From Prevotella sp. (GTDB lineage Bacteria > Bacteroidota > Bacteroidia > Bacteroidales > Bacteroidaceae): 64,000 bases of DNA. The notes beneath the pieces were generated by a model. It was not told the origin of the DNA. It searched no databases and was given only the letters and a program-made list of their open reading frames with translations. The first letter of the stretch is position 1. Each line of letters starts with the position of its first letter. The translations under genes and the position numbers were made by a program. The DNA lies in the NCBI GenBank assembly GCA_017467705.1, contig JAFUSC010000016.1, forward strand, positions 1,861 to 65,860. The letters run 5' to 3'. Shown piece by piece: positions 8,682 to 17,953 of the stretch.

Positions 8682-11129
8682 ATGAACCAAAGGAATATTG
8701 TTGCACTACTGTTTCTGCTTCTGTTTCTACCATTTGCTGCTGTGTCTGCTGATGACGGAAACAAGGAGTTCGTTGTCTACAACGCCGCTAACGGGCTGGC
8801 TGACAATTCCGCCCAGACCATCAAATGCACGAAGACGGGACGACTGGTTATTTCCACCATCGGGCAGATTAACTTTTACGACGGTATGGCCTTCTCGCAC
8901 ATTGACCCTTTGCAGGAAGACGAATACCCGCTCTCTAACTATGAAGGACATTATCATGCCTATTTTGACCGCCATCACCATCTGTGGCTGAAGAATAAGC
9001 ACACCGTCACCTGCGTCAATCTGACCATAGAGCATTTTATTCCGGACATCAGTGCGGTGTTCCGTGAGTTAGGTGCTGATTACGAAGTCAACGATCTGTT
9101 CGTAGATGATGACGGGCGGGTGTGGCTGATGCATGGTGACAGCCTCAGTTGCAAGGAGTCTGAGTACTCGTTCCATGTGGACACGCGCTATAATCTGCAG
9201 GACCTTGCAACCTACAAGGACCAACTTCTGTTGCTTTTCTATGGTAACGGTGAGGTCGTCGGGTTCGACATGAAGAACGGACAGCAGTTGTTCCGTAATG
9301 CTCCCTATACGGGGACAGACATTGAAAAATATCATCGCACGTCGCTGCTGTGCCCTTACAAAGAGACATATTACCAGATTCGTAACGGCCACAAGGAGGG
9401 TGTGCTGATGTGCTTTGACGTCGCACACCGTGAATGGCGCATTGTGCAGCGGTTCCCCTATAAGCTGAATAACATCGTCATATATGAAGATGTGGCCTAT
9501 ATTGCTTCTGAGTACGGGTATTGGACCTATGACATAGCGGCGGACACATTCCATCATCAGGAGGAACTCACACTTGCTAACGGTCATCAGCTGCTCACAG
9601 ATGTGAATACGATTGAGTTTGACCGTCAGGGCGGTATGTGGGTCGGAACGGAAAAGCGTGGCCTGCTATACTCCAAGCCCTTCCCGTCGCCATTCCGCAC
9701 TTACGAATGGAATACACCACGTACCAACGAACTGTTCAACGTCTTGGAGCAACAACCCGTGCAGCCCACGGAGTTTAAAGGCCAGAGCGTCAACTGCGTC
9801 TACACCGACAGTCGCGGCTGGACGTGGGTAGGTACGCGCGTAGGACTGGAACTCTACACTTCTCCAGAGGCGCAGCCCAAGGTGTTCCGTCGCTTTGACG
9901 GATTGCTGAACGAGGTGATTCACTCTGTGATAGAGGATGAGCATCATCACATCTGGGCCAGTACCAGCTATGGCATTACCTGCCTGAAAGTAACGGATGA
10001 TGGTAAGATTGAGCAGATTCTGAGCTATTCGGAAACCGACAACGTGCCCAGTGAGTCGTTTGTCAACGGTCGTGCAGCGCTGCTTGACGACGGCACGATC
10101 GTCATGCAGGCACTTGACCATATTGTTACGTTCAATCCGCATGACTTCCACTTCAAGGAGTACAGCGAGTTCAAGCTGTACCCGAAACTGGTCAGGTTGG
10201 TTGTCAACGGTATCTCTGTGGAAGCGGGAAAAGAGATTGACGGAAAGGTGGTCACAGACAAGGCCGTTACACGTACAGGAGTCATCAATGTCGACTATGA
10301 CCAGAACTCTGTGAGCCTTACATTTTCGGCCCTTAACTATTTCCGTCCCGTGCAGACCTATTACCGTTACCGTATTGTCGAGCTGTCGCCGGAGTGGAAG
10401 ACGGCATCCTATTATACGGATGAGAGTGTCGTTGACAAGGACGGTATGCTGAATCTGCGTCTGGTGGCTTTGTCTCCGGGGCAGTATCATATCGAGGTGC
10501 AGGCTTCCATGTCGCCGGGCAAATGGGAAGACGGCTACACTTGGCAGCTGAATGTTGAGGAACCTTGGTGGCGCACGTCAGCCGTCTACCTGTCACTGGG
10601 ACTGATCATACTGTTGCTGATCATTATCAACATGGTGTTCCTCAATCGGAACACCCGTCTGAGGATGCGTCGTAACACCGGTGAGAAATATGTCATGAAG
10701 CAGTTGCGTGACTTCGTCAACCGTTGCGACAACTCGCCGGCAGAGTCGCCGGACGATACGGCAGAAGAGAGCAACCACAGTAAGGCTGCCATGGAGTTAA
10801 GCGAACCGTTTGTGAAGATGATGCTGAGTGTTGTTCCGATGGTGCGTGCTGACAAGAACAATGAGCTGAACATCCGTCAGCTGAGTGAGAAGAGTGGGGT
10901 GTCAGTGAGGCAGCTCTATCAGCTGATTACGCAGAACATCAATAAGAACCCGCGTCAGCTGTCGCAGCAGTTGCGCCTGAATGAGGCTGCCCGGTTGCTT
11001 CGTGAGACAGATAAGTCCGTCGAGCAGATTGCCGAAGAGTCGTCATTCACCTCGCCTGACTATTTCATTGTCTGCTTCCTTCGTAAGTTCAACATGACAC
11101 CCGTGGAATATCGGCACTCGCTTACTTGA
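8682..11129 (+). CDS. Membrane-anchored sensor with beta-propeller and Y_Y_Y-like domain, TM helix and AraC HTH (no kinase or receiver)
   Basis: Signal peptide, Reg_prop-type repeats (DRQGGMWVGT, DSRGWTWVGT), PWW plus TM helix, C-terminal AraC signature RLNEAARLL...FTSPDYF...TPVEYR. Confidence 0.85.
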   Translation: MNQRNIVALLFLLLFLPFAAVSADDGNKEFVVYNAANGLADNSAQTIKCTKTGRLVISTIGQINFYDGMAFSHIDPLQEDEYPLSNYEGHYHAYFDRHHHLWLKNKHTVTCVNLTIEHFIPDISAVFRELGADYEVNDLFVDDDGRVWLMHGDSLSCKESEYSFHVDTRYNLQDLATYKDQLLLLFYGNGEVVGFDMKNGQQLFRNAPYTGTDIEKYHRTSLLCPYKETYYQIRNGHKEGVLMCFDVAHREWRIVQRFPYKLNNIVIYEDVAYIASEYGYWTYDIAADTFHHQEELTLANGHQLLTDVNTIEFDRQGGMWVGTEKRGLLYSKPFPSPFRTYEWNTPRTNELFNVLEQQPVQPTEFKGQSVNCVYTDSRGWTWVGTRVGLELYTSPEAQPKVFRRFDGLLNEVIHSVIEDEHHHIWASTSYGITCLKVTDDGKIEQILSYSETDNVPSESFVNGRAALLDDGTIVMQALDHIVTFNPHDFHFKEYSEFKLYPKLVRLVVNGISVEAGKEIDGKVVTDKAVTRTGVINVDYDQNSVSLTFSALNYFRPVQTYYRYRIVELSPEWKTASYYTDESVVDKDGMLNLRLVALSPGQYHIEVQASMSPGKWEDGYTWQLNVEEPWWRTSAVYLSLGLIILLLIIINMVFLNRNTRLRMRRNTGEKYVMKQLRDFVNRCDNSPAESPDDTAEESNHSKAAMELSEPFVKMMLSVVPMVRADKNNELNIRQLSEKSGVSVRQLYQLITQNINKNPRQLSQQLRLNEAARLLRETDKSVEQIAEESSFTSPDYFIVCFLRKFNMTPVEYRHSLT

Positions 11130-12360
11130 ATATCAGTTGCCGATAGCCCACCAGCCGCCATGTCCGTTCTGTCAGGCCTTTGTAGTAGACATAGGCCTGA
11201 TATTTGTTTTCTGTCTGATAGAATGAACCTTCAATAGGTGTAGACGTCAGGTTCCCGTCTGTACGACGGAGCACATACTGATAGTTATAGTAGCCTTGCT
11301 TCTGCCAGATGGCTGCACGGTAGCAGTGGCTTTCGCTGTCATAGCTGAGTGCATAGGTGTCAGGCGAGCTGGCGTCGGTCGTCCATGTGCCGTTGACAAA
11401 TAGTTGTCCGTCAAACGGAAAGGGGCAACGCAGACAGTAGTTCACCAGTACGTAGTCACTTGTCACATCGTTCTCCCAGTTGTCGCTGTTGCGTATGTAG
11501 AAGGCTCCGTCAGCATCTTCGTCGTAGAGATAGTTGCGTCGCAGCTCGTCCTCGAAAGGGTAGGCGTTGAATCTCGTGCCGTCCCATTCCATCCGGTCAA
11601 TGCCCATGGTGGGGTGGGAAGTGGCCAGCGTCTCAAACTTATGATACTCATTTCCTGCTTCGAAGATGAACTGCCTGTTGTGGCTCCAGCTTAGTCCGTT
11701 GCCTCCGGCACTGCGTCCGTCGGGTGCAGGGTTCACGATGGCTCTTTCCCATTGTTGGTTTTGGGTCACAACGGTGTATATCTGTTCCTGCGGCCGGGTC
11801 ACGTTGAACGAGCCGAAGTTCAGGGCCATGGTGAGCTGCTGATGGCTGAGGTTCACGTCTATGTCCGTATTCGAGCTTACCTCCATGCTCAGGGGCATCA
11901 GCTGTTCCACGACCATGAAACGGACTTCGGCAGCCGTCTCTCCCTCTTCATCTATGATGCAGAACTTGTAGTTGCCGCTCAGCTTCAGCTGGGTCTGCTC
12001 GTTGGGTATGGATGTGCGGTAGTGTATGTATGGAACGGTTGTGTTGATAGACATCTCATAATCTTCTATCGGCTGGTCGTTGAATCCTTGCAACCATTCC
12101 ACCTCAAAGAGTTCGCTGCTGTTGCTCCAGTCAGCCTCGCAGTGTTCTACGTGATAGGTGTACTGATGATAGACCTGATCCATCCGGTCAAATGAGATGG
12201 AGAGTCGTTCGTCCTGGTCAAGTGTGATGATGGGGGGCGACAGCCAGTCGTTACCGGCCACGACGGTCAGCGTCTTGATGTCGGGTGTGAAGACGCGATG
12301 CTGTGCACTGGTGGAGAGACACAGTAACGCTGTGATGAGTGTCACATAGAGCCGCTTCAT
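11122..12360 (-). CDS. DUF5103 family protein (type IX secretion plug-like)
   Basis: Recognised pattern YHVEHCEADW, SINTTVPYIHY, FEAGNEY, KQGYYNYQY, EGSFYQTEN. Confidence 0.8.
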   Translation of the reverse strand: MKRLYVTLITALLCLSTSAQHRVFTPDIKTLTVVAGNDWLSPPIITLDQDERLSISFDRMDQVYHQYTYHVEHCEADWSNSSELFEVEWLQGFNDQPIEDYEMSINTTVPYIHYRTSIPNEQTQLKLSGNYKFCIIDEEGETAAEVRFMVVEQLMPLSMEVSSNTDIDVNLSHQQLTMALNFGSFNVTRPQEQIYTVVTQNQQWERAIVNPAPDGRSAGGNGLSWSHNRQFIFEAGNEYHKFETLATSHPTMGIDRMEWDGTRFNAYPFEDELRRNYLYDEDADGAFYIRNSDNWENDVTSDYVLVNYCLRCPFPFDGQLFVNGTWTTDASSPDTYALSYDSESHCYRAAIWQKQGYYNYQYVLRRTDGNLTSTPIEGSFYQTENKYQAYVYYKGLTERTWRLVGYRQLIFK

Positions 12361-12385
12361 AGGCAATCAGTTTATATAAACAAAA

Positions 12386-12413
12386 ATCCTGCAACGTCAT
12401 TGTTGCAGGACTT
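12386..12413 (-). terminator. Terminator downstream of the tRNA-Ser/tRNA-Glu pair
   Basis: TCCTGCAAC...GTTGCAGGA stem followed by a U-tract on the minus strand. Confidence 0.6.
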
Positions 12414-12419
12414 AGATTG

Positions 12420-12491
12420 TAGTCGGTAAGGGAATCGAACCCTTATGCCAAGATTGAGAATCTTGTATCCTAACCGTTAGATGAACCGACC
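12420..12491 (-). tRNA. tRNA-Glu(CTC)
   Basis: GGTCGGT acceptor stem, anticodon arm CAAGA-TTCTCAA-TCTTG, GGTTCGATTCC T-arm. Confidence 0.95.
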
Positions 12492-12518
12492 GTTAGTTGC
12501 TCGCTTGAGAGTACCTTG

Positions 12519-12605
12519 CGGAAGCTGGGGGATTCGAACCCCCGGTACGGTAACCCGCACGGCAGTTTAGCAAACTGCTGGTTTCAGCCACTCACCCAAA
12601 CTTCC
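12519..12605 (-). tRNA. tRNA-Ser(GCT)
   Basis: GGAAGTT acceptor stem, GCAGT-TTGCTAA-ACTGC anticodon arm, long variable arm, GGTTCGAATCC. Confidence 0.95.
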
Positions 12606-12755
12606 TTCCCGGTGTTCTTACCGCAGCATTTTCTCTCAAATGCGGTGCAAAGGTAATACTTTTCTTAGACACCTGCAAATTTTTTGGCAATTATTTTTCC
12701 TTTTTTCTTATTTCTGCATCTCTTTTCATGAAATCCGGTGGTGAATGGGCAAAAT

Positions 12756-12780
12756 AAAAAGAGGTACAGGTACCTCTTTT
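12756..12780 (-). terminator. Terminator of the sigma factor gene
   Basis: AAAAGAGGTAC-AG-GTACCTCTTTT inverted repeat. Confidence 0.6.
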
Positions 12781-12841
12781 ATAATAGGAACGCTCTGCTG
12801 AGCGTAAAAATGTGAAGCGCTTGCAGCGTGGCGTCAGCGAC

Positions 12842-13714
12842 TTATCCCAAGTATTTCATCAGGATTTTTGCATTGCCGCTGTCGCGCAGTTTGGCAATGC
12901 TCTTCTCACGAATCTGGCGCACACGCTCGCGGGTCAGTCCTAACTGGTCGCCGATTTCCTCCAGTCCTTTCTCGTGGCAACCGATGCCGAAGCACTGTGT
13001 CAGAATCTGTATCTCGCGTTCCTTCAAAACCTTGCGGAGCACCGTGTTCAGCTCCTGAGCCATTGACTCGTGGTCAACGTAACGGTCTGTGCGGCTGTCG
13101 TCGCCGCTGGCCATCACGTCCAGCATGCAGTTGTCCTCACCATCCTGGAACGGTGCGTCGATGGACACGTGGTGACCGTCGGCCATCAGGCTCTGTCCTA
13201 TCTTCTCTTCGTCCAGATTGGTGGCGGCACTCAGCTCACTCACTGACGGATGACGCTGGTTTTCCTGCTCGAACTTGTTGATCTCATGATTGATCTTGCT
13301 GAGCGAACCTACTTGATTGAGCGGCAGACGAACAATGCGACTCTGCTCGGCAATGGCCTGCAGGATGGACTGGCGAATCCACCACACGGCGTAAGATATG
13401 AACTTGAAGCCGCGGGTCTCATCAAATTTCTGAGCAGCCTTGATGAGTCCGATATTACCCTCGTCAATGAGGTCGGTCAGCGTCAGGCCCTGATGCTGGT
13501 ATTGTTTGGCCACGGAAACCACGAAGCGCAGGTTGGCAGTGACGAGCTTGTCTTTTGCCCGCTCACCCTCTATGCCGCCTTTACGGATTTTCTGTGCCAA
13601 TTCTATTTCCTCATCGATAGAAATCAGCGGAGCGCGGCCGATTTCAACAAGATACTTGTCTAATGCCTCGCTCGAACGGTTGGTAATACTTTTCTGGATC
13701 TTTAACTGTCTCAT
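12842..13714 (-). CDS. rpoD: Primary RNA polymerase sigma factor, Bacteroidota type (lacks region 1.1)
   Basis: MRQLKIQKSITNR start, ANLRFVVSVAKQY, DLIDEGNIGL, FISYAVWWIRQSI, LTRERVRQI. Confidence 0.95.
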   Translation of the reverse strand: MRQLKIQKSITNRSSEALDKYLVEIGRAPLISIDEEIELAQKIRKGGIEGERAKDKLVTANLRFVVSVAKQYQHQGLTLTDLIDEGNIGLIKAAQKFDETRGFKFISYAVWWIRQSILQAIAEQSRIVRLPLNQVGSLSKINHEINKFEQENQRHPSVSELSAATNLDEEKIGQSLMADGHHVSIDAPFQDGEDNCMLDVMASGDDSRTDRYVDHESMAQELNTVLRKVLKEREIQILTQCFGIGCHEKGLEEIGDQLGLTRERVRQIREKSIAKLRDSGNAKILMKYLG

Positions 13715-13944
13715 TTCTCTTTTCTCTTCCTTTCTTCGAATTCGTTAACTGCCTGATTGTCAGTCAACTATTAAAAATTATACCCTAAAACGATGCAAAA
13801 TTACAAAAAATATGAATACGTTGTTCTCCAAAGGCCGACTTTTTATAGTTAAAAATGATTAACGCATGTGCGCGCAAAGGGCTCATACCCGAGAAAACTC
13901 GAAAATCTTTTGGTTTTCTACTCACTTCGTCGTACCTTTGCAGC

Positions 13945-15240
13945 GTGAAAACGAAAGAGATACTCATAAGAGATTATAATTATGCGCTGCCTGATGAGCG
14001 CATAGCCAAGTTCCCCATGGCTGAGCGTGACCACTCGAAGCTGTTGCTTTACAAGCATGGTGAGCTGAGTGACGACGTGTTCTATCATCTGCCCGAATAC
14101 CTCCCGGCGGGGGCACTGATGGTGTTTAACAATACCAAGGTCATTCAGGCGCGTCTGCACTTCCGCAAAGAGGGTAGTGTGGTGCATGGTGTGCAGCGCG
14201 AGGGGGCGCTCATTGAGGTGTTCCTGTTGGAGCCGGCGGCACCTGCTGACTACGAGCAGATGTTCCAGACGACGGGCCGCTGCGCTTGGTATTGCATGGT
14301 GGGAAACCTGAAGAAGTGGAAGGAAAGCCCGCTGACGCGCCGTTTCACGGTGAAGGGCAGCGATAGCCAGTTCGTGATACGTGCCACCCGTAAGGGAGAG
14401 CATGGCACGAGTCAGCTCGTCGAGTTTGAATGGGGACCGGCTGACGGTCCGTCGGCTGACGGTCGTGTGCGCTGTTCCTTTGCTGAGGTGATTGATGCGG
14501 TGGGCGAACTGCCCATTCCTCCGTACCTGAACCGTGAGACGCAGGAAAGCGACAAGACCACTTATCAGACGGTATATTCGAAAATCAAGGGCAGCGTGGC
14601 TGCCCCGACTGCCGGACTTCACTTCACGGAGCGTGTGCTGCACGACATTGATGCACGTGGCATTGAGCGTGAGGAACTGACCTTGCACGTCGGAGCCGGC
14701 ACGTTCAAGCCGGTGAAGAGTGAGCAGATTGCTGACCACGAGATGCACACGGAGTTCATCAGCGTGCGCCGGCAAACGCTGGAGCGGCTGATTGCCCACG
14801 ACGGGCAGGCCATAGCTGTCGGCACCACCAGCGTGCGCACGCTGGAAAGCCTTTACTACATGGGTGTGAAGCTGGCAGCCAACCCGGAACTCAGCGAGGA
14901 GGAACTGCATGTCAGTCAGTGGGAACCCTACGAGACGGCCGATGCTGCTGCCCTGTCAGGTGAACCGCTGGCTCCTGTGGAGGCGCTGCGTCACATCGTC
15001 AGCTGGATGGACCGTCATGAGCTGACGACACTGCACTCATCAACGCAGATCATCATTGCGCCGGGTTATCAGTATAAGATTGTCAAGATGCTTGTCACTA
15101 ATTTCCATCAGCCGCAGAGCACGTTGCTCTTGTTGGTCTCGGCCTTCGTCGGTGGCGACTGGCGCCGCATCTATGACTACGCCCTCGGTCATGACTTCCG
15201 TTTCCTGAGCTACGGTGACTCATCGTTGCTCATCCCGTAG
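13945..15240 (+). CDS. queA: S-adenosylmethionine:tRNA ribosyltransferase-isomerase
   Basis: LPIPPYL, YQTVY, GSVAAPTAGLHFT, LHVGAGTF, AVGTTSVRTLES, TNFHQPQST, FLSYGD. GTG start lies 4 nt after TACCTTTG. Confidence 0.95.
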   Translation: MKTKEILIRDYNYALPDERIAKFPMAERDHSKLLLYKHGELSDDVFYHLPEYLPAGALMVFNNTKVIQARLHFRKEGSVVHGVQREGALIEVFLLEPAAPADYEQMFQTTGRCAWYCMVGNLKKWKESPLTRRFTVKGSDSQFVIRATRKGEHGTSQLVEFEWGPADGPSADGRVRCSFAEVIDAVGELPIPPYLNRETQESDKTTYQTVYSKIKGSVAAPTAGLHFTERVLHDIDARGIEREELTLHVGAGTFKPVKSEQIADHEMHTEFISVRRQTLERLIAHDGQAIAVGTTSVRTLESLYYMGVKLAANPELSEEELHVSQWEPYETADAAALSGEPLAPVEALRHIVSWMDRHELTTLHSSTQIIIAPGYQYKIVKMLVTNFHQPQSTLLLLVSAFVGGDWRRIYDYALGHDFRFLSYGDSSLLIP

Positions 15241-15270
15241 CAGGTAAAAAGCCGATGGCATCAAACAGAA

Positions 15271-15307
15271 AAACCGGATGTGCTGTATGATGAAGCACAT
15301 CCGGTTT
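15271..15307. terminator. Bidirectional terminator between queA and tRNA-Cys
   Basis: AAACCGGATGTGCT...AGCACATCCGGTTT stem. Confidence 0.75.
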
Positions 15308-15317
15308 CGTTGTTTTG

Positions 15318-15388
15318 AGGTACCTAGCAGAGTCGAACTGCTCTACACGGTTTTGCAGACCGTTACCTAACCGATCGGCCAAGGTACC
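15318..15388 (-). tRNA. tRNA-Cys(GCA)
   Basis: GGTACCT acceptor stem, ACGGT-CTGCAAA-ACCGT anticodon arm, GTTCGACTC T-loop. Confidence 0.95.
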
Positions 15389-15487
15389 TTTTTGCGGGTG
15401 CAAAGGTAATACATAAATTCGGTATGACCAAATTTTTTGCTTGTTTTTTTAGGATGGGGCAATCTAAAGGCGCTTTTTTCCTTCTTT

Positions 15488-15657
15488 TCAGGTGCCACCT
15501 TGGGCAGAGTTAGGTGGCACCTAAGTCATAGTTAGGTACCGCCCAACTCCTCTTTATGTACCGCCTAACTCCCCTTCAAGTGCCGTTTGAACGATGTTCA
15601 TCTGCCGCTTGAGCAGTGTTCATCTGCCGATTGAGCAGTGTTCATCTGCCGTTTGAA
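15488..15657. repeat. 22-bp-period array of 8 units (TTAGGTRCCGCCTAA family grading into TCATCTGCCGNTTGA family)
   Basis: Unit starts at 15488, 15510, 15532, 15554, 15576, 15598, 15620 and 15642. Confidence 0.9.
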
Positions 15658-15737
15658 TCATCTTTTCTTTGCAAAAAATGCCAATAATTGGCAGATTTCT
15701 TTGGCGGTTTGCTGAGATTGTATTACCTTTGCACCCG

Positions 15738-15900
15738 CATTTGGTTCGCTTAGCCGCGATGAAAAGGGAATGGGGTGAGAATCCCCGACTGTCCCGCAGC
15801 TGTGAGTTGCCCTTACGACCGATGCAAGCACGATGCCACTGAAGCCCAGTCTTCGGGAAGGCGCTTGCGATCGGGGCAACGAAGTCAGAAGACCTGCCAA
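15738..15900 (+). promoter_or_regulatory. Cobalamin riboswitch
   Basis: AAAAGGGAA-TGGGGTGAGAATCCCC-GACTGTCCCGCAGCTGT, GCCACTG...GGGAAGGC and B12 box AGTCAGAAGACCTGCC. TACCTTTG promoter at 15724-15731. Lies upstream of a TonB receptor. Confidence 0.93.
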
Positions 15901-15958
15901 CATGCTGAAGAGTAGAGAGCTTACCGCCTCGTGGGTTAGGCGGCTCAAAAAAGCAAAG

Positions 15959-17938
15959 ATGATGAAAAGATTGTGTGTTTTTGCGGGATTATGCTTGATG
16001 TCGGCTGCTGCGCTGGCACAGGTGAATCGTGCTGATACGGCCGACGCGCACCATCTGGACGAGGTGCAGGTGGTTGACAGCCGTCGCCAGCATGTGGTGA
16101 CGTCGACGGCACCGCTGCACGTGCTCGACCGTGGCGACATGCTGCGGCTGGGTGTGGTCGATATGGCCGACGCGCTGCACCGTCTGCCCGGCATCACGCT
16201 GCGCGACTACGGTGGCGCCGGCGGCATGAAGACCGTCTCCGTGCGCGGCTTCGGGGCGAAACACACAGGCGTCAGCTACGACGGGGTCATGCTCTCAGAG
16301 TGTCAGAGCGGCGAGATTGACCTTTCGCGCTATTCGCTCGACAACGTGGGCTCAATCTCGCTCATCGTCGGCGACAATGATGACATCTTCATCCCTGCAC
16401 GTCAGGCCTCCACGCCTGCCACGGTGAACATACAGACCCTGCGCCTGCCGACCGACGACCTGCAACCGCATCTGACCACACAGCTGAAGTTCGGCTCCTT
16501 CGGTTACGTCAGCCCCTTCGTGAAGTATGAGCAGAACGTGAACGACCGCTTCGCTTTCTCTGCCATTGGTGAGTACACCTATGCCGAGAATGACTATCCC
16601 TACACCATCAAGAACGGCGTAGAGACCATCAGCGACCGGCGCAACAACAGCCGCATGAACAGCGGTCACGGCGAACTGAACTTCATCTGGAACATCAACA
16701 CGCATAACCGGCTGACGGGTAAGGTCTATTACTACGACAACGATCGCCAATTGCCCGGACAAGTGTTCTACTACTCCAACACGAGCCGTGAGACGCTGCG
16801 CGACCGCAATTTCTTCGGTCAGCTGCTGTATCAGACGCACTGGGGAGAGCAGCTGTCGCTCAAACTGAACGGTAAGTTCAACTGGACGGCGTCACTCTAT
16901 GACGATGGAGTGGTGGCCAGCCAGATTACCGACGGTGACTATTATCAGCGCGAAGTGTACGGGTCGGCTGCTCTGCTGTATCTGCCTGACAGTCATTGGG
17001 CGTTTGACTATTCGCTGGATTATTCCTTTAATAATCTGAACAGCACGCTCGACACGGATGTGCGCCCTTATCGCAACACCGTTTTGCAGTCGGCTACGGC
17101 CAAATATCGTGATGAGCGGCTGACGGTGATGGCACGTCTGTTTTATTCGCTTTATTTGAACGGAGCCAAGGACGGTGCCGCTGCTGACGACATGCGGCGT
17201 CTGTCGCCTTCTCTCAGCCTGTCCTACCTGCTGTTCCCTCACTTCCGCGTGCGCGCATCCTATAAAGAAATCTTCCGTGCCCCGACGTTCAATGAAAACT
17301 ATTTCTTCCACTACGGCTCCAAGGACCTGAAGCCTGAGCGCACAGAGCAGCTGAACCTTGGGCTGACGTGGGACGGCGAGGTCGGGAACACCAGCGTGCA
17401 GGCCACGCTCGACGGCTATTACAATACGGTGAAGGACATGATTGTAGCGATTCCTTACAATATGTTCGTCTGGAATTGCATCAACGTCGGCAAGGTCCGT
17501 GTGCTGGGTCTTGATGCCACTCTGCGCGGCAGCCACCGCCTCAGTGCACAGCATGTGCTGACGCTGTCGGGCTACTACAGCTATCAGCGTGCGCAGAACC
17601 GCACGAATCAGGAATCTCTTTATTATAATAACCAGATAGCCTACACCCCTGAGCACAGCGGTTCGCTGACGCTCGCGTGGGAAAATCCGTGGGTGAACCT
17701 TTCAACCCATCTGACCGCCGTCAGCGAGCGCTGGAGCACGAACGAGCATCTGGACGGCACACGGGTCAAAGGCTATTACGACTGGGGGGCAACGGCCTAC
17801 CGTGATTTCCGCTTAGGCAAAGGCATGGCCGAAGTGCGCTTCGACCTCAAGAACCTGACCGACAGACAATACGAGATTGTGGGCAGCTACCCCATGCCGG
17901 GAATCAGTTATCAAGTTTCACTTCATTATAAATTTTAA
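15959..17938 (+). CDS. btuB: TonB-dependent cobalamin receptor (BtuB-like)
   Basis: TonB box LDEVQV, plug motif SVRGFG, C-terminal Phe, downstream of the B12 riboswitch. Confidence 0.85.
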   Translation: MMKRLCVFAGLCLMSAAALAQVNRADTADAHHLDEVQVVDSRRQHVVTSTAPLHVLDRGDMLRLGVVDMADALHRLPGITLRDYGGAGGMKTVSVRGFGAKHTGVSYDGVMLSECQSGEIDLSRYSLDNVGSISLIVGDNDDIFIPARQASTPATVNIQTLRLPTDDLQPHLTTQLKFGSFGYVSPFVKYEQNVNDRFAFSAIGEYTYAENDYPYTIKNGVETISDRRNNSRMNSGHGELNFIWNINTHNRLTGKVYYYDNDRQLPGQVFYYSNTSRETLRDRNFFGQLLYQTHWGEQLSLKLNGKFNWTASLYDDGVVASQITDGDYYQREVYGSAALLYLPDSHWAFDYSLDYSFNNLNSTLDTDVRPYRNTVLQSATAKYRDERLTVMARLFYSLYLNGAKDGAAADDMRRLSPSLSLSYLLFPHFRVRASYKEIFRAPTFNENYFFHYGSKDLKPERTEQLNLGLTWDGEVGNTSVQATLDGYYNTVKDMIVAIPYNMFVWNCINVGKVRVLGLDATLRGSHRLSAQHVLTLSGYYSYQRAQNRTNQESLYYNNQIAYTPEHSGSLTLAWENPWVNLSTHLTAVSERWSTNEHLDGTRVKGYYDWGATAYRDFRLGKGMAEVRFDLKNLTDRQYEIVGSYPMPGISYQVSLHYKF

Positions 17939-17953
17939 ACAAAACAAACAGAA

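Noticed and set aside
15833-15958. Longer N-terminus of the TonB receptor
   Set aside because: This region is the cobalamin riboswitch and its expression platform. The signal peptide starts at 15959 or 15962.
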